64,000 nt of DNA from positions 2,232,001-2,296,000 of the forward strand of contig SMSO01000025.1 of assembly GCA_004764695.1 (NCBI GenBank), written 5' to 3'. Each line of letters starts with the position of its first letter. Position 1 is the first letter of the stretch. The DNA comes from Schizochytrium sp. TIO01. Taxonomy: Eukaryota; Protista; Bigyra: Labyrinthulomycetes. A model generated the notes under the pieces. That model searched no databases, was not told where the DNA came from, and worked only from the letters and a program-made list of their open reading frames with translations. Below, piece by piece: positions 32,081 to 42,400 of the stretch. The translations under genes and the position numbers were made by a program.

Positions 32081-35039
32081 AAATTTTTAATGAGCTCGTT
32101 CTCTTTTGATACTTGCTGCGTACTTGGTGACATAGGTGTAGTGAGTGAGTGGGTGGTGGTGTTAAAAGCGTCTGATATTTATTTCGTAGATTGAGATTGT
32201 TTGCTTGTTTGCTTCAAGTTGTTTATTTTATATTCTATCAAAGAATAATCACACGACAATCATTGATTGGATTGACACCTAAAGACTCAAAAAATGAAGC
32301 AGGAAGATCATGCATGGTGCTATAGTAGTTAGCGAAGGGCCTTTTCCTTGCTTTCTCCCTTTCCTTCTTCTTTCGTAGGACATCCTGGGACCGCCCACTG
32401 CAGCAGCAACCATAAAGAAGTATACTTTGGATTAAGCTTCAGGGTCGGTGGGGCAAACGTAGCTCATGAGTTGAGAGATTGTAGTACTGGGAACTGCTCT
32501 GAAAGAGTCTGAAAGAGTCTGCCAGAACTGAAGTTCGAAGGCAAGGGCATCTATTTTCTTTAAAACAGCTTGCTGGCGCGTCACCTGAAATTATGTCAGC
32601 ACTAGAAATCATTTTTGTTTGTTTATTTATTCATTCCAAGTTGTTTATTCCAAGTTATTCTTTTTTAGTTTCAAAAGATTATATGTAAAAGGAAAGTCAA
32701 AGTCAAAAGTGAAAGCTTTCTGCCACACGCTGAGATTGCCGGAAAGTTTGCGATCTGGACAGTCTATTGGCTTTGATGTACGTAAGTCCCGAGGAGCGCA
32801 TCTTCGCGACTCTTTGCACATTAACAACACCAAGCTAATTACTCAAGCAAAGGTAGGATTGGGCTATATTTATTGACCCTGCTTGCTGCAATGCGGTGAA
32901 GCACCGAAGTACCTACTCCTGATCGAAGAAAGCCCTTTGTTTCGGCGATACCCAACTTTGCAAAATTCGGTCAAGTTGCTAGGTAGCAATTGCTGTGTGC
33001 ATGACCACGGCAATATCAATGATCAGGTTATGTTATCAACAAGCAAAATCCTTCCGTGTTTTACAATGATTAAAATACCCACATCTTCGTTATATCGCAG
33101 AAAACGCTAAAGCATCACTTGTGAAGTCCGTAAAGGCTGCTGACTTACTTCACAAAAAAATCAACATAATATGACAATGAGGTGGCAAAATATTTTTTCT
33201 TTAGAAAGTATTCATGATCTCTATTGTCAGTAGCGCTTATGCTGTTTCTCTCTTGTTGTTTCACTTCATCAGCGTATAGTTCACCGCACTTCAACAGTGG
33301 TTAAAACTCTCAAAGAATCCTTCTACTACAAGATATCTCAAAAGCAACAGGGTCACACGAACTTGAGTTGCTAGAGACCATAACTTGTTGACTAATTTTG
33401 TTGGAACACCTATATAAAAGCTAGCCCTTGCTTCATGCAAACACAGAAGACTTTTTCTTAGCTTTGGCTAAAACAAAATCTATTCTAAACCCTGAAAACG
33501 TAGTAGTTCAATTTTGCCAGAAAGACTCTTGCCAAGCGTTGAAAGACAGCCTTGTTGAAAGAAGGTCAGGGTCATTATTCTCGATTGCAAGAATCATAGT
33601 ATGAAGCAATCTTCGCACAGTTTTCGTCATATACAGGGTAGTGCGAACAGTCTAAGAAACAGTGAGAGCCGTGACCTCGAAATGCTGAGTGAGTTTGGAA
33701 CTTACTTGAACTCTAAGCTAGCCTAGCTCCCAGTGCCAATTTATAAATCATGTCTCTTTCATACGGGTCAGTTTATCTGTGGTCACTAGGATACTCAGCC
33801 CCATCAACAAATGTCCTGTACGTTAGGTTATGCTTGCTGCAGAATTGTCTTGGCATGGCATTTTATGGAACCGCTTTCACAGAACTGCCGGACTTTTCGT
33901 ATCGAGTGCCAACACTTCTAATTTGTAGGGCATAAAAGTCCCCAGCCGTGAAGTGAGTCATCGAAAAGCGAACTACATAAGAACAGAAACATTGTTCGCT
34001 AGAAGTCCTGCTTGATCGGACTTGAAGACTGAAGCTACAGTCAAGAACAAGGAGCTCCAGATCGCTTATTCTCACTATTTTCGCTAAGGATTGGTAGTAG
34101 GGATTTAGGCACTGGTTCAAAGCTTCGCATTGGCTTGCTGTTGGCCCTTTATGTGGTCTGAATTTACCCTCTCAGGTTCAGAATCAAGAGGGAAATTTGC
34201 ACCTGCCTTTGTTTTTCCAAGCGTCAACAGGTCAACTCTTAACCTGCAAACTACGCATGCATAACCCATGTGGCGGGCGAAGACGTGACTTTTTATCATC
34301 TATTTGGTGCGTTTCAAACCGTGAAGGCTGCGAAAGCAAAGCTTTGACAGTTGCGTGCCACCATGGTATCGAAAAGTGATTCTGTTATTGTTTGAAATTA
34401 AAACTACTAGGTAAGACCATCATTTTCTTTGGTTAAAGCACCCAATATAATACATTCAAGGCGGTGATGGCCACGTAGATCGAAAAGGCGGAGTAGTTTA
34501 CATGGGAATTCTTGTCGGGGAGGAGATTTGCCATGGAGTAGAGTTAACATGTCATGTCAAGATGGACAATATATGACGGATAACCCACACCCGAGAAAAA
34601 TATCCTTTTTTGGTTCTTTCGTCTGTTTTTATACATGACAAAAGAATAAGTATGCTAGGAAAGCAGCGATGTTCATGTTGCCAGGTATACGCATTTCCGT
34701 TCTCTCTGACAAGTCTACCAGCAAACACGCCTTCATTGTTGCGCCAATCTAAATGCACAGCTCCTCGAAATTTTCTGCGTGAAAATTGATCAAACTTATA
34801 TCGATTTACTTACTGAATAAGTGATAGATAGGATTGATAAGCTGCGCAATACTCGCCTGCAGAGCCCGAGGCTGAACGCAAAAGCCTTCGCCTGGTAGAG
34901 TCGGAATGTGCTAAAGTTGCACGAGTGGTGCAGCAAACCTCAAAACTGACTTGGCTGCATCGGACGGTCAGCCTTAAGAAGCTCGGCTGAAGGGAAGGAA
35001 ACCTGCTGATAGGACGTCTTGAAGCTAGGAAAGCTAAAG

Positions 35040-36680
35040 ATGACAATGATGAAGACTACCACCCGAGCAAGTAAACCTACCAAGGTTCTCCTCGATCGTT
35101 TGAAAGCTCAGAGCATGCGGTTGATGAGCTCCACTAGCGCTTCTCAGCGAATGCCACTCATCGATAGGGCCCTCACGCAGTTTCTCGACCGTGATGCTGT
35201 GGTGAATCGCCGAGGTGAATTCTTCACATATAGCGATCTCGGAGACCAATCTGCTGCAATTGCATCACAATTGCAGAGCCTCCAAGGCGGACTTTTGAAG
35301 GATGAACGCGTGGCTTACCTTTGCGATCCTGGCCAAGAGTATGTCGCTGCTCAATGGGCAGCGTGGCGCTCTGGAGCTTGTGCTGTGCCACTTTGTCTGA
35401 CACATCCAGATGCAGAGCTCGACTATGTTGTAGAAAACTCAGACGCAAATTACATTGTAGCAGACGATGCAAATGCCGAAAAGGGCAAAGCTCTTGCTGA
35501 ACGTTTGGGGCGCAAACTGATCCTCACGTCTGAGGCCAGTGGAGCTTCTTACGAAGATGCCTCTTTTGACCCTGAGAGCCCAGCCATGCTTATCTATACT
35601 TCTGGTACAACTGGCCGGCCGAAGGGAGTTGTCACTCGCCATTTAAGCCTCGACGCACAGATCAATGATCAACGTTTGAGTTGGGGCTGGAATGAAGACG
35701 ACCGTGTCCTCAACACGCTTCCACTTCACCATGTCCACGGTGTTGTGAACATGACGGCCGTGCCCCTTTACTCGGGTGCCTGTGTTGAGTACATGGCCTT
35801 TAACCCGGATCGTGTATGGCAGCGCATGCGTATGGGATCTATGGTTGGAAAACTGACCTTGTTCATGGCTGTTCCTACGATTTACGCCAAACTCATTCAG
35901 GCTTACGAAGGTTATTCTCTGGAGGAACAGCAGGCCTGTACTGAGGCTGCGAAGGAAATTCGCCTTATGGTCAGCGGATCTGCAGCTTTACCTACGACTG
36001 TCATGAAGAAGTGGGAGGAGATCACTGGTCATGTTCTTTTGGAACGTTGGGGAATGAGCGAGTGCTGCATGGGTCTCTCAAACCCTCTTGAGCCGGTGTC
36101 AAAGCGTCTCCCTGGTTACGTGGGTAAGCCCATGCCAAGTGCACGCGTCCGTCTTGTGAATGAAGAAACTGGTAAGGAGATTAACATCAAGACTGGGGAA
36201 CCCGGTGAGCTTCGTATCACTGGAGATATTGTTTTTAAGGAATATTGGCGCCGGCCCGATGCCACTGCCGAGTCTTTTGACGAGGAAGGCTGGTTTAAGA
36301 CTGGTGACATTGCGGCTTACGATCCAGAAAAGGAGTCTTACTATATCCTTGGGCGCGCCTCTGCTGATATCATCAAGACCGGTGGCTACAAGGTTTCCGC
36401 CAACGAGATTGAGCGTGAACTCCTTGACCACTCTGCAATCCGTGAAATCGCTGTGCTTGGCAAGAACGACGAGACCTATGGTGAGCGTGTTGCTGCCATC
36501 GTTGTTCTCCGGGACAGCGAGAAAAAACCTACGGAGGAAGATTTGAAGGCATGGGCTAAGGAGCGCCTCGCCTCGTACAAGGTACCGTCATACTGGCTGT
36601 TCATTGATGGCGAAATCCCAAAGAATGCAATGGGCAAGGTTGCCAAAAAGCAGTTGCGCAAGGACTTCTTCAGTGAATAA
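35040..36680 (+). CDS. ACSF3/MatB-like malonyl-CoA synthetase (ANL adenylating enzyme), probably mitochondrial
   Basis: IYTSGTTGRPKG, LPLHHVHG, FMAVPTIYAKL, RLMVSGSAALP, LLERWGMSE, WFKTGD, GRASADIIKTGGYKVSA, PKNAMGKV. Basic Ser/Thr-rich N-terminus resembles a presequence. First ATG at 35040. Confidence 0.9.
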   Translation: MTMMKTTTRASKPTKVLLDRLKAQSMRLMSSTSASQRMPLIDRALTQFLDRDAVVNRRGEFFTYSDLGDQSAAIASQLQSLQGGLLKDERVAYLCDPGQEYVAAQWAAWRSGACAVPLCLTHPDAELDYVVENSDANYIVADDANAEKGKALAERLGRKLILTSEASGASYEDASFDPESPAMLIYTSGTTGRPKGVVTRHLSLDAQINDQRLSWGWNEDDRVLNTLPLHHVHGVVNMTAVPLYSGACVEYMAFNPDRVWQRMRMGSMVGKLTLFMAVPTIYAKLIQAYEGYSLEEQQACTEAAKEIRLMVSGSAALPTTVMKKWEEITGHVLLERWGMSECCMGLSNPLEPVSKRLPGYVGKPMPSARVRLVNEETGKEINIKTGEPGELRITGDIVFKEYWRRPDATAESFDEEGWFKTGDIAAYDPEKESYYILGRASADIIKTGGYKVSANEIERELLDHSAIREIAVLGKNDETYGERVAAIVVLRDSEKKPTEEDLKAWAKERLASYKVPSYWLFIDGEIPKNAMGKVAKKQLRKDFFSE

Positions 36681-37231
36681 TTTATTTTAGCTAGTTTGTT
36701 ATACCGTTTCCGCACATATTCGATTCCTTTTATGTTGGTTGATGCCTACTGTTTTTGCAAAGATTTCTTAACTGCAAACTACACATGTGTAAAGCTCTAA
36801 TTTCCCAAATTTAACATTTTGACTTGGCTCAGTGCAGAAACCTGATGTTTCGAGCTACCTCCTTTGTGTTATTAATGTCATTGCCATGGTTTGAAATTCT
36901 GCTTATCAATAGTCATGTAAGGCACGCACACAATTGTCGAAAACAGCCTAAATTTATGTCTTGCGATGGACAATCATTTCATACATCTTTACTTTACATA
37001 ATTACTTGCTAACCTGCTAGCTTCAAGTTCTAAACAGGTTGTAAAAAAACAAATTAATAAAAATATATGTAAGTTGAAAAAGGAGGGTTAGGATGATACT
37101 AAGCTGGCAGTAGCACTTTTAATAATTGCTACTAGGAGTCTCAGACTCGGAGATCATCGCAGATTTGGCAAAACGTACAGCACAATCTTCATTCAAAACC
37201 TGAATGCAACCCTGGTGGAAGGGGAGGCGAG

Positions 37232-39457
37232 ATGTCAGGCAAGTCAAACGCTAGCAAATGGAGCAAACGATCGCTGTCATGGAAGAGCAGCAAAAGCTTC
37301 GATCTTGGTAGCGAAGCTGGCTCTGCAGAGAGTCGCGAGAGGCAGGCGTACCAGATCGGCACAGCTCAGTCCGGAGACTTCTCAGACGACGAGGTTCTGC
37401 CAAAGCGCTCTCAAAGCTTAAGAGCAACACACTCAAATTCCCAAATTCTTGAGTCTTCGTCCAAATCACTGCAAGCCCAGAACAAGAAAAGAGTTGTCAT
37501 TTCTTTGTACCAAAAGGGTGTCTTTCCGAGAAGCGCATTTTCACAGGCTGATCGCGAAGTTCTTGAAGCGAAAGCAACAAAGGCAGCCAATGGGTGGAAG
37601 GCTTGGCTTAAAGGTAAAAGGGGATCTGCCACAGATGTTAGCGCCCATTGGGTCTGCTATTCATTTCGTCAAGCCTCAGACAAAAGCATCACTAGCTACA
37701 AAGAAGACAATGTTATGAGTCTTTTACAAGCTCATCTTGTCCCTCAAGATCGTTCGGGCAGGGACATCCTTGTTCTAGAAAAACCGTTTGACCTTGGCCG
37801 GATCGAATTTCCTCAAGGCTTCGCTTTGGTTGAGTTTAACCAAGTCTCTCTGCTTGGGCTATCACAAGAAGAAGCTTTGCGAATTATCTCCATGGGGAAA
37901 CAGCGAAACCATTATACAATGACATTTGCCTCGCCTCATATAGTCTCTGCAATACGCCACGCGTCGAGAGATATACCCAATGCTATTACCACTATTCCGG
38001 CTGAAGACGGTGTGGACTCTCTCCGTGCTGCATATGGCACGTTGACCCGCTTATGCATGCACTATTTAATGAAGTATGTACCACCAGGCCGTTGGAGCTT
38101 ATTTGCTGAATCGCTCAACATCGAAGCAGACCCAACATTTAACTGTCTACATGCTGCACTGCTCCGACTGAGTCAAACACAAAGTACTAGTGTTCTTCGT
38201 CTCGAGTCAATTTTCTCTTCTCGACATGAGAATCATTTGGCGATTCTTTGTCACACTCTCAATGCGAGTATTCGGTTGGCTGTTTGCCCACCACAAATGC
38301 CACTCATCACACTCCAAATAAATGACATGTACCTTGCCCACGAGGATACAGGTGCACGTTTGGCTTTGGAAGAGTGTGTACGAAGAACTCCAGACCTGTC
38401 TACTTTGTTGTCAGTCTTTGCGTTCATCCGTCGCCTTTACTTTTTCGACGAAGAAGCAGCTGTCTTCTTTTGCTGTGCGCTTGCCCCTTATATTATGAGC
38501 CCCGAAGATCCAGGTTTATTGCAAAAACTTGCTCAAGAGGCTGCAGAGGTTACCTATGAGAACGTAGAGTCCATGCAGCGTACATACGACCTTGCAGTGG
38601 AATTAGCAAGTAAGATTTGTGGTGACAATTCAAAAATATCAGTTGATGTTATGTTGGGGGATCCTGTTTTCAAGGATGGCCGTGTTATCCCTGAGCTAGA
38701 GACGGCATCTCATGTTGGGGCTATTGTTCATCCAGAAAGCGACTTCGCCATGGAAGTCGATATGATCCAGGTGGATGGAGAGAAAAAGGATTGGGCGGTG
38801 GCTTTGTTTGGGGCCCTAATTAGACACCGTCTCAAAGAACCTTTAATATCTCCATATCTCTATGAGGATGTATTGTTGATCTACCTTACAACACAAGGGG
38901 ACCAAGTAGATTGCAACTTTCTATTACAACAGATTCTACCTTTTGCAGCAAATACTTTACAATTTCGTGCTTTACATTCATTATGTAAGGTTGTCAAACA
39001 TGTGGAGGATCAACACGGCAGAAAAACTCGGGACCGACTTATTCAGACATTTGCCCCAGCAGTCTTTGCTCCAGCAGCATTCCCATTGACTCGAAAAGAT
39101 CACCTTGAGCAAGTGAGTAAATACGAACTCACTTGCAATAAAACGTTTAATATTATGGTAGACTTCGCCGACTACATCTTCCGATATGATAAAAATGAGT
39201 TGAAGGAGCGTTCTTCAAAACAATATACTACAAGTGTCACCTCGGCAAGTAACAGTACCAGTGAGTCATTTGAAACAACTTCAGTTTCCAATCTAAAGCA
39301 GTCTGATGAAAATTCAACTTCAAAAGAAACTGCGATATTATCAGATAACCTGCAAAACAGAGACCAATGTTGTAACAGTAAACTAAGCGATCCGGAACCT
39401 ACTCCACCAATTGGAGACACTGCCGCACTTATAGATTTTTTTTCTCCGACATGTTAA
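37232..39457 (+). CDS. Uncharacterised protein with a PDZ-like segment and one or two degenerate RhoGAP-like domains
   Basis: 741-aa ORF. ALVEFNQVSLLGLSQEEALRII resembles the PDZ C-terminal half. AVALFGALIRHRLKEPLISPYLYE ... LCKVVKHV...LIQTFAPAVF resembles RhoGAP helices. Domain calls are by eye. Confidence 0.75.
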   Translation: MSGKSNASKWSKRSLSWKSSKSFDLGSEAGSAESRERQAYQIGTAQSGDFSDDEVLPKRSQSLRATHSNSQILESSSKSLQAQNKKRVVISLYQKGVFPRSAFSQADREVLEAKATKAANGWKAWLKGKRGSATDVSAHWVCYSFRQASDKSITSYKEDNVMSLLQAHLVPQDRSGRDILVLEKPFDLGRIEFPQGFALVEFNQVSLLGLSQEEALRIISMGKQRNHYTMTFASPHIVSAIRHASRDIPNAITTIPAEDGVDSLRAAYGTLTRLCMHYLMKYVPPGRWSLFAESLNIEADPTFNCLHAALLRLSQTQSTSVLRLESIFSSRHENHLAILCHTLNASIRLAVCPPQMPLITLQINDMYLAHEDTGARLALEECVRRTPDLSTLLSVFAFIRRLYFFDEEAAVFFCCALAPYIMSPEDPGLLQKLAQEAAEVTYENVESMQRTYDLAVELASKICGDNSKISVDVMLGDPVFKDGRVIPELETASHVGAIVHPESDFAMEVDMIQVDGEKKDWAVALFGALIRHRLKEPLISPYLYEDVLLIYLTTQGDQVDCNFLLQQILPFAANTLQFRALHSLCKVVKHVEDQHGRKTRDRLIQTFAPAVFAPAAFPLTRKDHLEQVSKYELTCNKTFNIMVDFADYIFRYDKNELKERSSKQYTTSVTSASNSTSESFETTSVSNLKQSDENSTSKETAILSDNLQNRDQCCNSKLSDPEPTPPIGDTAALIDFFSPTC

Positions 39458-39459
39458 TT

Positions 39460-42400
39460 CTAAAACCAAGATTCGACTTCAATGTCTTGCTTCATTTCAA
39501 ATTCATCGCCATTACCACCCTCTTCTCCTTCTTCTTCTTCTTCTTCATTGCTGTGTGGGCTGCCCTCCTGACTGCCTGAAGAACTCTCTTGATCCTCTAG
39601 AGCCTCTGTAATAGCTTCGCGAAACCAAGCTCGCCATTCTGGGGTTTCAAAATCTGCTTGGGGCCATCTAGATCCAGTACGTTCACGTACAACCCGAAAA
39701 GTAATAGTTTCAACTGCTTCAGCTGCTTCATCAATAACCTCTGCAATATCGTCTCGAAGCATGTCTAGAGTGAGCTCCGTACATTCAACAGGCTTGAGAC
39801 CGGAAATATTCAGATGCCTCTCATGATCTTCAATCTGACTTCCCTGAATAGGTGTATATTGATCATTTGCATCAGATGCCTCAGCCATATCAATACCTGT
39901 TGCAGGGCTCTGGGTATTCTCTGTAAGCTCACCTGCTCTACTTAAATGTGAATTAGACCGTTGGACCGCCATTTCATTATGAAGACCTTCGGTGTCGTCA
40001 GCAAGAGGAGATTCTTCGTACAAAGGGATCTCACTCCCTTGGGATTGCGACGAAGCTGCATGTTTCTGCTCTGCGCGTGCAACCCTCTCAATATTAAGTT
40101 TATCAAGAAGCTGGTTGAGGGACTGGCACCATTCCCTAGCAATCTCAGCAGAATCAAACTGGAGGTCTACAGAGTCTCGCCGATCGATATTCACTAAACG
40201 AATACGACGACTGCTCTCGTTATCCATCTTGCTTTTGATCTTACGAAGCTTAGACTGCCAAGAGGTTTTGCTATTTGACGGTTCCTGATCCGTTGGGCCA
40301 ACAATATGTTCAACAGACCATAGTGGGATTGTCTCAGCGTTGATAGATTTTGCCTGATTTTTCGCAAAGCATATTTTTTTCAAGTCTTCAGATACCCAAG
40401 CAAAACAAGCCTTTTTGACTCCCCATTTTGAAGTCCGTCTCTGAGCCTTTGTACCCTTCAAAAGCATAGAGAATTCTTCAAAGTCATTTCCATGTTGGGT
40501 TGAATCTGGGTCATTCTGAACCGTGACATCTGTTGTAAGTCCTGGCGAATCGACCACTTCCTTATCTTCAGGTGAGTTAGTGAGGTGAGGAAGTTCCTCA
40601 TTTTGCTTTAACTGATTGTGCTCCTCAACCTGCTCGTACTGCGAAGAGCGCCGAGGTGGCAACTTAGGGAGGTCAAGGTCAGTGGGCTGTTGTTCTTCCA
40701 AAGACTCTGAAAGTGTTGGAGGTGAAAAACTACTTTCTCGTTCATGCTCTTCATAGTCCAATGGAAAATCCACCTCTGAAAAATCACTTTCTCTTCTGTG
40801 TTGAGCAGCAATGCTCGAGGGGGCTCTCCTTTCATATGGGCTGTTTAGTTGAGCGTCAGATTTATGTCTCCGTAAGGCACTATGGGGGGAATTAGGGTGA
40901 AGAGGTGAAATATCTTGCTCCCTTTGAATAAAAGCTCGTGAAGATTTGTGTCTTGGTAGTACAGGAGGCGACTCTTCATGAGACTCGGGTTGCCATTTGG
41001 ACTTATCTCTTGGGACTATACTCTGTACAGATACATGATGAATTTCAACTTCTGGCGTGAAACCTGACGAGGGAGGTGTTTCTTCAGGATCACCACCGGT
41101 CACTTCAGTAACAGGATCTGGAAAGTCATCCCGATCGTCCAAATCATCGTCTGCACTATTGCTCAGATTATCTTCTTGTTTTTCCATATTCTCTCTTGGT
41201 GCGTACCTTGATGCAATCTCCTCTTCGTGTCGTTGTAACTCCAGATGTTCTTGCATCAATTGCTCTTTTTGCAGCCGAAGGTGCTCCAAATGTTTTTGTT
41301 GAATTCGTCTTTGTTCTTCAAGCTTTTGCTGCCTTTCTAGTTGTTGTTGGCGATGTAGCTCTTCGAGACGAGCTTGCTCCATTTGTTTTTGCTTTTCTCT
41401 CATTTCTCTTTGTCTTTGCTCTTCTTCTTTTCTTTCCTTTTCTTCCTTTTGGCGCAGTAGTTCTTGCCTTTGTAGCTCTTCCTTCCGTCGTTGCTGCTCT
41501 TCTTGTTCTTTTCGTCTTTGGATCTCTTGTTGTTTGATCATTTCCCTTTGCTTTTCTAAGCGCCTTTTTTGCTCTGCGACCTGTCTCTCATGATCCTTGA
41601 TTTGCTCTTGCTGCTGTTGTAGGTCCCTCTTTAGACCAAGTTCAAAATCATCAGCAACGACATCTGTTTTTGTGTTGGGTTTTATTTCAGGAGCACAGAC
41701 ACTTGTCTTTAAAACAGGTTTGGGCTGTCGCATTGAAAGGGTTGGTTGAGAAACTACATCTGGAGTTTGCCGAGCTACTTCACTGCCCAGTTGTTGGATT
41801 TTTTCCGGAAGAGACGTCGACTCATCAGATGTAACGGCGAGTTCGTCGCGAAGTGATTGGTTCGATTGTTCCAGTTGAGCATATAGTGCACGCGTGTCTT
41901 GTTCAGCTTGCGACGTGTTTTTCTCTTGTGTTATGACAAGCTGCTGCAAAGGTGCTCGGGCTTGTAAGGCTTCATCGAGCTGGGCTTGAACTTCAAGCCT
42001 AGTCTGGCGAAGGTCTTCGATTTGCCCATCCACTTTACGCTTGGTTATCTTCATCTGAACCAACTGACTTTGTATTTTTTCTTCGCGTGTATGCAATATT
42101 TCAAGCTTGTTGCGAAGCTCCTGACAAGATTCATTCACAACTGCAATCTCTCCCTCCAAGACTTGAATTTCTAATTTCAAAGTTGTCTCCTGCTGCCTTG
42201 AGACGATTTTCATTTCGTCTAAGGCGCGCATTTGCTTCTCAACAACATTGACATCAGTTTTGGCTTGCGCCAATGCAGACAGAGAAGCGTCATTCTCAAT
42301 TTTATGTTCTTGTAGTAGTTCTTGAAGCTCTGCTTTTCGCTGCTTGAGGTTTTCAATACTAAGAGTAACTCGTTGAAACTCCACGTCAAGTCCATGCCGA

